From: Octopus sinensis
Lineage: Eukaryota
Direction: 5' to 3'
Assembly: GCF_006345805.1 (NCBI RefSeq)
Contig: NW_021834698.1
Span: 1-44,751 of the forward strand
Length of the DNA: 44,751 bases
In this document: positions 22,130 through 33,557 of the stretch, piece by piece
Layout of the letters: each line of letters opens with the position of its first letter
How positions within the stretch are numbered: position 1 is the stretch's first letter
The notes under the pieces: generated by a model
What the model saw: the letters and a program-made list of their open reading frames with translations, nothing else
Told to the model about the DNA's origin: nothing
Database searches by the model: none
Made by a program: the position numbers and the translations under genes

Positions 22130-22320
22130 TGTGTGTGTGTATGCTGGTTTCTTTATGTCACCGTAACTTAGCGGTTCGACAAAACAGACTGGCAGAATAA
22201 GAAACCAGACTTGAAAATAACTACCGAGGTCGATCTGTTCGACTGAAAGCCCTTCAAGACGATGCCCCAGCGTGGCCGCTGTCCAATGATTGAAATAAAT
22301 AAGTAAAACATAAAAGAATT
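22005..22320 (+). mobile_element. (TG)n followed by an old SINE family A body and tail
   Basis: CCGTAACTTAGCGGTTCG...GAGGTCGATCTGTTCGACT...GCCCCAGCGTGGCCGC. Confidence 0.7.
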
Positions 22321-22913
22321 GGAAAAATAAAATTTCTCGATAATTCTATTTACTTTGATCATAAATCAGATAAATAACACGAAAAAAAATTCTTCTGTTT
22401 CCTGATAATTACTTCTTTGAATGAAAAACAGAACAAAAAAGAAATGGCTGCAACTGTGTCGGCTGTTTAATATTTACGATTCTGTTTAAACTAGTTTCAC
22501 TGCCAGGCTTGGTTTCTGATTTCCAACTCTTCGTTTAAAGTGATTTAATGATGTTATCAAAGCCAGGCTTGTTCAAAGAATACATTCCTATAAATCTAAT
22601 GCCAAATGAGTTCATTGGAGATACAAGATGTTTACAGACTCCATGGAAAGCCAATATTTACACTCAATATATAGACAACGTCAATATGGCGTCGTCGTTG
22701 TCGTTTAGTCCAGGTCAACGCTGATTGAGCATACCTGTAATCAAAAGCCTTCCAACTGTGACAGTACCACCGTTTTCAAGGATTTCGAGAACCTATAACT
22801 GCAACTTACCTTATGTCCCTTTCTATAATGATATGGTGGGATTTTGGGAAGGTTTGGCTGCTATTTCTAGGAGACTGAATGAACTCATAGCATCACCCTC
22901 GTTGGTTTGGTTA

Positions 22914-23435
22914 CTGTAAATCCTCGAGTATAGTCTGCCCTTGAGTATAATACGCAGGAGATTTTTAGGGGGAAGTAACTCTGAAAAACCTAAACCTTGT
23001 GTATAATACGCACCCCTTCTCTAACTTGAGTCGTGCGTAATTAAGCCAGCAGCACCTAGTCGAACAAACACTTCCGCGCATGCGTAATACAATAATGGTG
23101 ATGTTCTTAACTGTTATATGGGAATGTAAATATGTTTGCAAATTGTTTTTGTTATATGTTATTCTGTGTTCTGAATACTTTTATTTTAATAAATGTTGCT
23201 TACTGCAAGTTATGGATGATTCTTTTATGACTTCATTGCTTTCAAGCTTAGCTTAAGGTATTTTTGTGCCCGACATCACAAAATACGTCTGAATAAACAT
23301 TGCCGGATTGCAAATAGAGACTCGGACATTGCTTATAAAATATTTTTCATTTTTTACCTCGTGTATAGTACGCACTAGGGATTTTGACCTTAAAATTTTT
23401 TTTTGGCGGGGGGGATTATACTCGAAGAATTACGG
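22914..23435. mobile_element. Tc1/mariner-superfamily (pogo-like) MITE, 522 bp
   Basis: TA|CTGTAAATCCTCGAGTATA ... TATACTCGAAGAATTACGG|TA; internal GTATA(A/G)TACGCA repeats. Confidence 0.85.
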
Positions 23436-23739
23436 TATATATCGACACCTTATACAGCCACAGTGATGACGCGTGATCACGTGGTTTCGATCTTTGGCCC
23501 GGGCGGTACATTGTGGTCTTGAGCAAAACCCTTCATTTCACGCTGCTCCCGTGCACTCAGCTTTAAATGGGTGACTCTGCAACGGACTTGCGTCCCATTC
23601 AAGAGAAATGCTGCGATTTTGGTCGCTTACTCGCCATGGAAACTGGTCAACCGGCCCAGTGAGTTCTTGACCCCGAGACAATAACGCTACCTTTGCTTTT
23701 TTACCTTCTTTTAGCCTTAGGATCATAAACTGTGTAAGG

Positions 23740-23860
23740 GAGAGCATGGTCGATTATATCGAATCCAGTATTTGACTGGGAGTTTATATTATCGATTCCG
23801 AAAGCATGGAAGGTTCAGTTGGTCCCGACAGGATTCGAACGTAAAACAAAAAATACCATT
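23740..23860 (-). mobile_element. Highly diverged SINE family B remnant
   Basis: GTCGATTATATCGAATCCAGT...TATCGATTCCGAAAGCATGGAAGG resembles the family B central domain. Confidence 0.6.
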
Positions 23861-24134
23861 GTGACATTTTGTCTGTCTCTCTACTGAATCGACCAATCAG
23901 GAAACAGTTTATTGTGGCCGTTTGGGAACGAAGAGAGAGAGTGGGAGTTGGACGGACTTGGGATTGGAGAGAAACTGCATTATTTATTATATAATTGTTA
24001 TAATTTTTTTATCACAAACACACTCTCACACACATACACACTGGCACGCGCACAAACATACACACTACTATTGGGAGTCACATCTACAATCGCTGTTCAC
24101 TAGTATTGCCTCCACTTCCAACACCAATGCAATT

Positions 24135-24352
24135 CTACCATCACCATAACCACCACCACCACCACCATCACCACCACAACCACTATGAACACCACCACCA
24201 CCTATACCACCACTACCAGCACCTCCTACACCACTGCCACCAAACTACCACCACCACCACCATCACTACCATTACCATAACTACCACCAAAACCACCACC
24301 ACCACCAAAACCACCACCACTACCACCACCACCACCATCACCACCACTTCTA
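24135..24352. repeat. (ACC)n triplet tract
   Basis: Direct reading. Confidence 0.92.
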
Positions 24353-24666
24353 CGTCTCTGTAGCCAAAGCACTTTTCTTTTGATCTCTTGCGATTACAGT
24401 GAATGTGTAGATTCTTATTTGAAAATTTTGATAACAATTTCCGGAGCTTTGATTCTAATAAGCGAACATTTTTAAAAACCAATTCTCAATAAAATGTTTG
24501 GGATCCATTTTGATAACATTATCCATGATCAAAATAAGTGTATTCCAGTACTTAGCTAAATTTATTCTTCTCAAAACAGATCGATGACCAAAGGCAACCC
24601 AGCCGTGGCACGCCTTCGTATTTTTAGACACTGTATATAAGGGAACATTATTCAATGTTTCGTTCC

Positions 24667-25083
24667 TTTCACTCTTTTCACTCTTTTACTTGTTTCAGTC
24701 ATTCGACTGCGGCCATGCTGGAGCACCGCCTTTAATCGAGCAACTCGACCCCGGACTTATTCTTTGTAAGCCCAGTACTTATTCTATCGGTCTGTTTTGC
24801 CGAACCGCTAAGTAACGGGGACATAAACACACCAGCATCGGTTGTCAAGCAATGCTAGGGGGACAAACACGGACACACAAACACACACATATACATATAT
24901 ATATATATATACATATATACGACGGGCTTCTTTCAGTTTCCGTCTACCAAATCCACTCACAAGGCTTTGGTCGGCCCGAGGCTATTGTAGAAGACACTTG
25001 CCCAAGGTGCCACGCAGTGGGAAATGAACCCGGAACCATGTGGTTGGTAAACAAGCTACTTACCACACAGCCACTCCTGCGCC
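24667..25083 (-). mobile_element. SINE family A, full length, near consensus
   Basis: All modules intact. Confidence 0.92.
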
Positions 25084-25424
25084 TTTGGGGGGGGGGGGTT
25101 GCGGGGGTAGGTCGTTATTTAAGAGAGATTTGGCTGTTATTTCTTGAAGATCCAGCAGTTTGTGTAGGTGTAACCTTCAATTGCTTGTTGTGACTTCTGA
25201 ATGTTAGAATAAACATGAAACAGCGAAGAACTAAGACTGCGCTGCCTCTGCTGAGCAGGTGACTTCTAGTTTATTCTCAGTGAATCTTCCAACGTCTCTA
25301 TGACAATACAGTAGACAAAGATGGAGAAGGAAATCGCATAATTTATTATAATCGTAGTATTTATACGCTCAATGCTGCATGTGTGGCGCTGTTGAAGGGA
25401 GGGGGTGAAAAGAGAGAGGGAAGG

Positions 25425-25800
25425 GAGATAGACTGTTTAGCGTAGGGGTTGTCGTATAGTTGATAGGAGAGGCACAGAGAGAAAGACAGAGAGACAGAGA
25501 GGCAGAGGAGAGAGAGAGAAAGAGAGAGGGGTGAAGAGATAGACTGTGTTTAGCGTAGGGGTTGTGGTATAGTTGATAGGAGAGGCACACAGAGAAAGAC
25601 AGAGACAGAGAGGCAGAGGAGAGAGAGAGAGAGAAGAGTGTCAGCGGTGAAAGCTAGGAGAAAGGGGTTGGTACTATGTTAAGCTGCTAAATAGTTGAGG
25701 GAAGGAGTAAAGAGAAAGAGAGAGGGGGAGAGAGATAGACTGTGTTTAGCGTAGGGGTTGTGGTATAGTTGAAAGGGGAGAGAGAGGGGGGTGAGAACGC
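25425..25800. repeat. Degenerate GA-rich minisatellite, three copies
   Basis: GAGATAGACTG(TG)TTTAGCGTAGGGGTTGT(C/G)GTATAGTTGA at 25425, 25536 and 25732. Confidence 0.8.
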
Positions 25801-25971
25801 GATAAATGAGAGAGAAAGGGAATGTATGTGAGAGAGAGAGTATGAGTGAGGGTGAGAGAGTGTGTTTACTGAAGGGAATGCGGGAGCGACAGACGTTACA
25901 ACAGCCATCACCTTCATAGAACCGAATTAAAATTTGCTAAAACTTTACCAACATGAGTAATATAATAATAA

Positions 25972-26371
25972 CTAGCAGTATCGCCCGGCGTTGCTCGGGT
26001 TTGTAAGGGAAATAACTATATAAGCATTTTTAGAAGAGATGTAAAGTATAATAGCCATCTCAATATGGCTAACCACAAAGTGGGGGGGGGTGTTACTGTA
26101 ACTTTTTACGTTCTGAGATTTAATAATAAATTTTTAGAGAGTTACTTCCCTTATATATGCCAAAAATGCATTAAAAATGGGAAAAATTGATGGTAAATTA
26201 TTTTTAAAATCGTAGACTCATCGTAGACGCGCGCTAATACCCAGAAGGGCTCGATATGAATCACGACTATAAGATACCCGGTTTTGGTTAAACTGCATCG
26301 CAAAATGTGGGAGTAGTTAGGAATCTAAATCGTAGGAGACAGACACACAACTTCACTTTTATATATAAAGA
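25972..26371 (-). mobile_element. Complete non-autonomous Helitron, 400 bp
   Basis: A|TCTTTATATATAAAAGTGAAGTTGTG ... CCCGAGCAACGCCGGG hairpin, GATACTGCTAG|T; inserted between A and T, no TSD. Confidence 0.88.
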
Positions 26372-26539
26372 TGTCTTCGATTTTTGTTCCATGGTTGATA
26401 TTGTCTACTTCAGAGTTAATAAAGAGAAAGCTAATCGATAACAACTCACAAATTAATACTACCTGCGAGGACTTTTACTTCATCTCAGCAATCAAATGCT
26501 TCAGAAAAATATACAATTCCATCTTACGATTTTCAGTAT

Positions 26540-26698
26540 ATGCATCTGCGTGCGGTTGACAAGCTCGCTTTGAAATTGCATTGTTTTGGGTTCAATTCCA
26601 GTGCAGCATTAGGCAAGTGTCTGCCACTACAGCTTCGGGTCGACCAATAACTTGTGAATGAATCTGGTTGACAGGAACTGTGTGGAAGCCAGTCGAAT
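26540..26698 (+). mobile_element. Old SINE family A head
   Basis: GGGTTCAATTCCAGTGCAGCATTAGGCAAGTGTCT...CTTGTGAATGAATCTGG...GAAGCCAGTCG, followed by (TA)n. Confidence 0.65.
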
Positions 26699-26710
26699 AT
26701 ATATATATAT

Positions 26711-26916
26711 AAAGTTAATCCAAACAAGAAAACACAAAAAAAACAGCAACGCGAGGACGTAGAACAAATAAAGTATTATTGGACGCTCAGGAAAGAAGGG
26801 AATAAGGAGGGTTTAACGTTTCGAGCGGAGCTCTTCGTCGGAAACATAGGAGAAGGAAAGATCCTGAGAAGGGAAGACAGAGGGAAAAAATTCGCCAACG
26901 GTACACACGAGGTCAC
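26711..26916 (-). mobile_element. Repeat family E (probable Penelope-like pseudo-LTR) with hammerhead-like motif at 26811-26845
   Basis: Homologous to 27461-27613, 37596-37802 and 40612-40816; both flanks are microsatellite. Confidence 0.75.
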
Positions 26917-26951
26917 ATACACATATATACATATATATATATATATATAAT

Positions 26952-26983
<32 letters not shown>

Positions 26984-27360
26984 GTTCATAGAATGAGATC
27001 CAGATATTCTCCGCATAGAATGCACTTAGTAGTGCTGCTCAAGAGATTTAAACTTGAGCGGGTTTAGAAGTAAAGGTAGGGACAAGCACGTTAGACAGAT
27101 CGATATATAAAGTATATTGAATGCATGAAATGCCAAAAGTGTCTATTTATGTTAGCATACAATAAGGTCCGGCTTACACAGACTACAAATGATATGGAGA
27201 ATTAAAGGGGTGGGGGAAAAGTACAAATCCAACAGCTGTTATGGACACCGAACACCAGAAACAGATGTGGGATTTCGAATATATATGTATGCTTATATAT
27301 ATATATACATACATACATACATACATACATACATACATACATACATACATACATACATAC

Positions 27361-27453
<93 letters not shown>

Positions 27454-27460
27454 ATATATA

Positions 27461-27613
27461 TAATCCAAACATGAAAACACAAAGAGAAAACACAACAACG
27501 CTCAGGAAAGGAAAGAAAGAAGGAGGATTTAATGTTTCGAGCGGAGCTCTTCGTCAGAAACATAGGAAAAGGAAAGATCCAAGGAAGGGAAGGCAGAGGA
27601 AAAAAATCGCCAA
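27461..27613 (-). mobile_element. Repeat family E, internally deleted; hammerhead-like motif at 27527-27561
   Basis: Minus strand GTTT CTGACGA A GAGC TCC GCTC GAAAC ATT AAAT. Confidence 0.75.
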
Positions 27614-27619
27614 TATATA

Positions 27620-27664
<45 letters not shown>

Positions 27665-27665
<1 letters not shown>

Positions 27666-28112
27666 TAAGTAATTAAGGTTTAGCAACGATTTGCCTCACC
27701 ACACATCGAGTTTAGAAATAGCAGTCAAAGAGTTGTAGCTATTCTTTCTACTAAAAGGGAGATCTCAGTAAAACCACAGTACTTAGAAGGCAAACGCAGG
27801 CAAGAGAGAAAGAAATGACGACAATCATACAATATTAAGTCACCTACGGACGTACGTTTCGAAATTAAGTTTTAGGAAAGCATAAGAATTAGATAATTAT
27901 GTCTTACCCAACTTTTTTTCTCATCAGCGTAGGACACTACAATTATGAATAATTGTATATTAAATTTAGAGGTACAAGAAGACATCACCTCAACTCCTAG
28001 TATCAGAGCGAGATCTCCCTTTTAGTAGAAAGAATAGCTACAACTCTTTGACTGCTATTTCTAAACTCGGTGTGTGGTGAGGCAAATCGTTGCTAAACCC
28101 TTAATTACTTAG
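27665..28112. mobile_element. MITE with about 102-bp near-perfect TIRs, TA-flanked
   Basis: TA|CTAAGTAATTAAGG...AAAAGGGAGATCTC (27665-27766) mirrored at 28010-28112 |TA. Confidence 0.9.
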
Positions 28113-28212
28113 TATTACTTAAACTTTTCTCGAATGGGGCTTTTACATGCCGAAATCTACTTGGTGAAATTAATGATTATTCCAAATTAATTAATTTCAC
28201 CCTATATTATTA

Positions 28213-28258
<46 letters not shown>

Positions 28259-28281
28259 TATATATATATATATATATATAT

Positions 28282-28318
<37 letters not shown>

Positions 28319-28332
28319 GAGAGTCATATATA

Positions 28333-28700
28333 CAGGATGCGTAAGATATTTGAGGACAGATTTATGTTTATAAAAAATAAAACATATATAATAACAGATA
28401 ATAACTTTGTTTATCAAAAAATGCTGAGGATAAAAATAGACCTTCTTTACAATAAAGCCACCTTCAGCTTCAACAACGGCTTCTGTTTGAGATCTAAATC
28501 CTCTACATGCTCAAATCAAGTGGCCCTGGTTCATTTTGGACATTACTCTGACTATGGCAGCTTTCAAAGAATCTTTGGTGTTTTGGGCGTGTTCATTGAC
28601 CTCTCTTTCTCAATAACACTCCACATGTAATAGTCCAATGGATTGAGATCTGGGGAATTAGGAGGTCAAATATTAGGGGTTATGTGATCATGAAAATTTT
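28333..28700 (-). mobile_element. Tc1/mariner-superfamily (maT/DD37D-like) transposon 3' end
   Basis: Minus strand ENFHDHITPNI*PPNSPDLNPLDYYMWSVIE...NTKDSLKAAIVRVM...EAVVEAEGGFI; TIR TA|CAGGATGCG at 28331-28341. Confidence 0.85.
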
Positions 28701-29939
28701 CAGGATGGTGTTTATACCATTTGTCAGCGGTTTTGATCTTATAATGCCGACATATTGTCCAATGTTAACACTGGCCGACTCTGTCATGTTTCGCTTTGTA
28801 TTCTACAGGTGCTAAGACTCTACACCCTGAGATTAGGTAGTCTACTGTTTCAATCTCATCGTTACAGAATCGGCATTTTGGGTCAGCTCCATTTTTTATC
28901 ACATTGGCTTGGTAGTTCCGGCTTGATAAGCTTTGGTCTTGAGCAGCTAATATGAAACCTTCACTCTCCACTTTCAGCCCTGAGTTTCGTAACCATTGAT
29001 GCGTGTGTTTCTGGTCGACATCAGCTTGTTTGCTACGGGCCACATACTTGCCATGGAGAGGTTTCTGTTCCCATCTGCTAGTTAATTTTTCATGTTCTTT
29101 TGTCTTTGCAATTAATTTTATATTCTTTGCAGCAGCAGTTGGCGCATTTCCTTCAGCCTGATTAATCTGGTAAGTATCTAAGAGATCAGTAGCGAATTTT
29201 TTGCTCTCTTTCAGAATAGAGTGAAGTTTATTCGGTCTTTCATGTTTTTCAACAAGTTTTAGCATCCAGTCGTTGGTTGCTTCAAGGTATTTGGCCAGTC
29301 CGATTGTGGTGGTTTTGTATGTAAGTTCAAGCTGGATCAAACCTCGACCTCCCTGAGCTCTGGGAAGGTAAAGGCGATCCACGTCTGCCTTTGATGGTGC
29401 ATCTTATTACAAGTCAGTAGCTTGCGGATTTTTCGGTCAATTTTCATTATTTCACTGGTATTCCAGTTAAGCACATTGAAGCTATAAAGAACAACTGGTA
29501 CTGCTAAGGAATTTATGGCTAACACCTTATTATATGCATTCAGCTCAGACTTCAGGACTGCTTGAACTCTTCTATAACATTTCTTCCTAACCTTCTTTTT
29601 CATGCTTGCATGCTGGATACCAGAGCCTTCATTTATTCCTAGGTATTTATAGGTTTGTTCCTGCTCAAGTTCCTTTATTACTATTTCGACATCTAATTCG
29701 ATTGAACTTGACTTTACCAATTTCCCTTTCTTAAAAGTGGCTTTGGCACACTTTTCAAGGCCAAACTCCATCCTTTCACAGTATGTAGTAGTCCTTCAAG
29801 CCCTTCATCAACTTTGCCATATAGTTTTAAATCATCCATATAAAATAGATGGTTTATTTTCCTGTTGTCCATTTTGTAACCATACCTTGTTCTATTCAGT
29901 TCACTTGAGAGTGGTATTAGTGCTACGCAGAAAATTAGT
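28698..29939 (-). mobile_element. Decayed R4/Dong-clade LINE: RT domains and CCHC knuckle, frameshifted
   Basis: HLFYMDDLKLYG; FGLEKCA; YKYLGI; DRLYLPRAQGGRGL; EGFILAAQDQ; CRFC..EIETVDYLISGC; three ORF pieces in the track. Confidence 0.9.

Positions 29940-29940
<1 letters not shown>

Positions 29941-29997
<57 letters not shown>
29941..29997. repeat. (TAT)n/(AAT)n microsatellite at the 5' junction of the R4/Dong fragment
   Basis: Direct reading. Confidence 0.95.
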
Positions 29998-29998
<1 letters not shown>

Positions 29999-30134
29999 TT
30001 TAATTGACTGGGATTGCGAAAAATATGGCAGATTCACAATATCAACATATTAAATGTATTAATTAATTAGATAGTTATGAAAACAGACACTAATGACATA
30101 AACGGCGTAAATATCATTAATTTACCACTACAGT

Positions 30135-30148
30135 GTTTCCATGGTAAC
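30135..30148. promoter_or_regulatory. RFX X-box-like palindrome GTTTCCATGGTAAC
   Basis: Matches the X-box consensus GTNRCC(N0-3)RGYAAC in its GTTNCCATGGNAAC form; no linked gene identified. Confidence 0.3.
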
Positions 30149-30240
30149 AGGCTGGTGGCTTTCACTTTGTGAAAAACTGAAGAACTGTCGGCAATCGACG
30201 TGGGCTGTCACTACTCTCAGAAAGTGGGGGAAGAACGATG

Positions 30241-30291
<51 letters not shown>

Positions 30292-30293
<2 letters not shown>

Positions 30294-30595
30294 AGGCGCA
30301 ATGGCCAAGTGGTTAGGGCAGCGGACTCGCGGTCGTAGGATCGCGGTTTCGATTCCCAGACCGGGCGTTGTGAGTGTTTATTGAGCAAAAACACCTAAAA
30401 GCTCTACAACGCTCCGGCAGGGTGTGGTGATCCCTGCTGTACTCTTTCACCACTCTTTCTCTCACTCTTTCTTCTGTTGGCCTGCTCGCTGAGCCAGCGG
30501 GGTGGCGTCATTCGAAGGCTAAAACAATGCGAACGCATTGTGACCAGCGATGTGTAACGACATGTGATGGTCTGGTCGGTCACGTGATCACATGA
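30292..30595 (+). mobile_element. SINE family D, full length
   Basis: Highly similar to 9806-10111; directly follows (TG)n. Confidence 0.88.
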
Positions 30596-30751
30596 TAATT
30601 TGAAACTGACTTATTGGAAGTCCACCTGAAGATTGTCGATCAAGACAAGAAACAATTGTAGTGACGGTTTTTTTGACTATTTATTAAAATTTTATGTATT
30701 GATTAAGTCTTTCCTTGTTTGTTTTGCAAAATAGTGGTTTTGTCTCTAATA

Positions 30752-30792
<41 letters not shown>

Positions 30793-30989
30793 GTATATAT
30801 ATGTATATGTAAGTACATACATATGTACATGCATACATACGTACATACATATTGCATACACATACACATACATGCATACACACACTGACACAAACACACA
30901 CACACACAATCCAAATAGTTTAATAAAGAAATACTTTAACACATTTTTAATGACCGGTTACAATTGTTTCTGGACCAACTCCGCTTTCA

Positions 30990-32419
30990 ACACCGGTTTA
31001 CGTAAACCTGACATTGTTGTGGTGAATAAAAAAGAAAAAGAAAAGAAAGCATCCATGATAATCGAGATAGCACGTTTCGGTGACAACAGGGTCAAAGAGA
31101 AAGTGAACAACGATAAATTCGGGGTTTTTTTTCCTACTCTAGGCCCGAAATTTTTGGGGAGGTGGGGCCAGTCGATTAGATCGACCCGGTACGCAACTGG
31201 TACTTAATTTATCGACACAGAAAGGATGAAAGGCAAAGTCGACCTCGGCGGAATTTGAAGTCAGAACGTAAAGACAGACGAAATACCTATTTCTTTACTA
31301 CCCACAAGGGGCTAAACACAGAGAGGACAAACAAGAACAGACAAACAGATTAAGTCGATTATATCGATCCCAGTGCGTAACTGGTACTTATTTAATCAAC
31401 CCCGAAAGGATGAAAGGCAAAGTTGACATCGGCAGAATTTGAACTCAGAACGTAACGGCAGATGAAATACCCCGAAGCATTTCGCCCGGCGTGCTAACGT
31501 TCTTATTTCTTTATTGCCCACAGGGGGCTAAACACAGAGAGAACAAACAAGGATAGACAAACAGATTAAGTCGATTACATCGACCCCAGTGCGTAACTGG
31601 TACTTATTTAATCGACCCCGAAAGGATGAAAGGCAAAGTCGACCTCGGTGGAATTTGAACTCAGAACTTAACGGCAGACGAAATACTTATTTCTTTACTA
31701 CCCACAAGGGGCTAATCACAGAGGGGACAAACAAGGACAGACACATGGATCAAGTCGATTGCATCGACCCCAGTACGCAACTGGTACTTAATTTATCGAC
31801 CCCGAAAGGATGAAAGGCAAAGTCGACCTCGGCGGAATTTTAACTCAGAGCGTAAAGACGGACGAAATACTGTTAAGTATTTCGCCCGGCATGCCAGCTC
31901 GCCGCCTTAAACAACAACGATATTTTTTTTTCTACTCTAAGCATAAGGCTCGAAATTTTTTTTGTGGTGTGGGCGCCAGTCGATTAGAACAAAACCAGTA
32001 CGCAACTGGTATTTAATTTATCGACTCCGAAAGGATGAAAGGCAAAGTCGACCTCGGCGGAATTTGAACTCAGAACGTAGCGGCAGACGAATTTCGCCCG
32101 GCGTTCTAACGTTTCTGCCAGCTCAGCGCCTGAACAACAACGATAAATTGAAGTGGGCAATGAAGGAGTGGATGTGAGGGCGATAGTAATTCGCTCGCTT
32201 GGAAGTATCAGCACTCAACGACCGACATGGCTCGAAAAGATTGGAACAAATGCAAAGACAGAACACCTACAAAAATCATCATTGCTTGGAACGGCAAGAA
32301 TTCTTTTGCAGGGTTCTTAAAGTACGATCAGTAAACAAGTGTCACCTTAGTCTGCTGGCCGTGAACGGCTGACGCTTTTCATCATACCCAGTAAAAGAAG
32401 CTGAGAGTTTTCATCCAAA
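30990..32419 (+). mobile_element. Decayed R4/Dong-type LINE 3' end (restriction-like endonuclease), split by SINE B cluster
   Basis: RKPDIVVVNKKEK..SMIIEIARFGDNRVKEK before the SINEs; AIVIRSLGSIS...WLEKIG...LQKSSLLGTARIL after them; PD-(D/E)xK-type RLE C-terminus. Confidence 0.8.
31125..32131 (-). mobile_element. Cluster of three stacked SINE family B elements (dimer, dimer, monomer)
   Basis: Heads end at about 31500, 31908 and 32131; target AACAACGATA at 31106, 31913 and 32136. Confidence 0.88.
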
Positions 32420-32808
32420 TCTCTATATATAAAGCTGAAGTTGTCTGTGTGTGGCAGGTTTGGTAGCCTTCAACTAACTCTATCTCCTCCGAGACCTTGT
32501 GGCGCAAGTTGACCAAAATTGAGAGTATAACAGAAGAAGGCTTGCTCTTCATTCCGTAGAAGAAAAAATTCAAATCGGACCATGTTAACACCAAAAATTA
32601 TTTACATAAAAAAGGTGCTTTTTTTCTATGAAAATCCCTATTTTTTACGATTTTTTACTGCTGTGTCGCCATTTTTCGGTGTATTTCAACCAGAAAAATG
32701 TTCACTTAGAGAGAATAACAAGCTACACAATGCAAAATTTTTACTTTGCAAAAATTCCAATTCTAAAGGGTCGAAACAAACCCGAGCAACGCCGGGCGAT
32801 ACTGCTAG
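32420..32808 (+). mobile_element. Complete non-autonomous Helitron, 389 bp
   Basis: A|TCTCTATATATAAAGCTGAAGTTGTCTG ... CCCGAGCAACGCCGGG hairpin, GATACTGCTAG|T. Confidence 0.9.
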
Positions 32809-33462
32809 TTATAATAATAGATAAAATAACAACGCCGAGTGTAGTAAAATGAGGGAAATAGCTGCGTTCTGGTTTAATAAGAGATTTTATTCATTTTTGT
32901 TGACTGGGTTTTGTATATTTAGCTGTAGATAATGTAATATGACGGCTGCTGGTGTTTTGAGTCTATTGCCAAACGCTATTTTAGTCTATAATAGTCTATT
33001 AAATGACCAGATGGTCGATGGAGCTGGCAATAAATCTCTACTGTTATAATAATAACAATGCTGATGGCTGATGTAATATTAATTGACTTTGCCCAGGTTA
33101 AATAGCATCAAATAATACGGACAAATGAGCTTTATACAATGCGCTGCCGTGTGTGTATGAGAGAGACAAAGGGAGAGTGTGTGCGTGCATGTGTGTGTGT
33201 GTATACATATAGTTATGTGTGTCTGTGTTTAATTTCTATGTAGTTGTGCGTGTCTGCCTCTGTGTGTGTGTGTGTTTGTTTGTGTGTGTGTGTGCTGTGT
33301 GTGTGATTGTGTTTGTTTGTGTGTGTGTGTGTGTTTGTGTGTTGTTAAACAAGTGAAAGATCGCTCTGCATTTTATTTGTACGAGGAAAAGGCTGACAGT
33401 AACTTCGAAGTTTCAGATTAACCGTGCTCATAAGACTGTGAATATACATCTTTTAACTTTGA

Positions 33463-33550
33463 TTTTTTTTACTTGCTTCAGTCAAGCAAAAGATTGCGGC
33501 CATGCTGGGGCACCATCTTGAAGAATTTTTAGTTGCATGAATCGTTATCG
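33463..33550 (-). mobile_element. SINE family A tail fragment
   Basis: TTTTACTTGCTTCAGTC...GCGGCCATGCTGGGGCACC. Confidence 0.7.
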
Positions 33551-33557
33551 GGCTATC

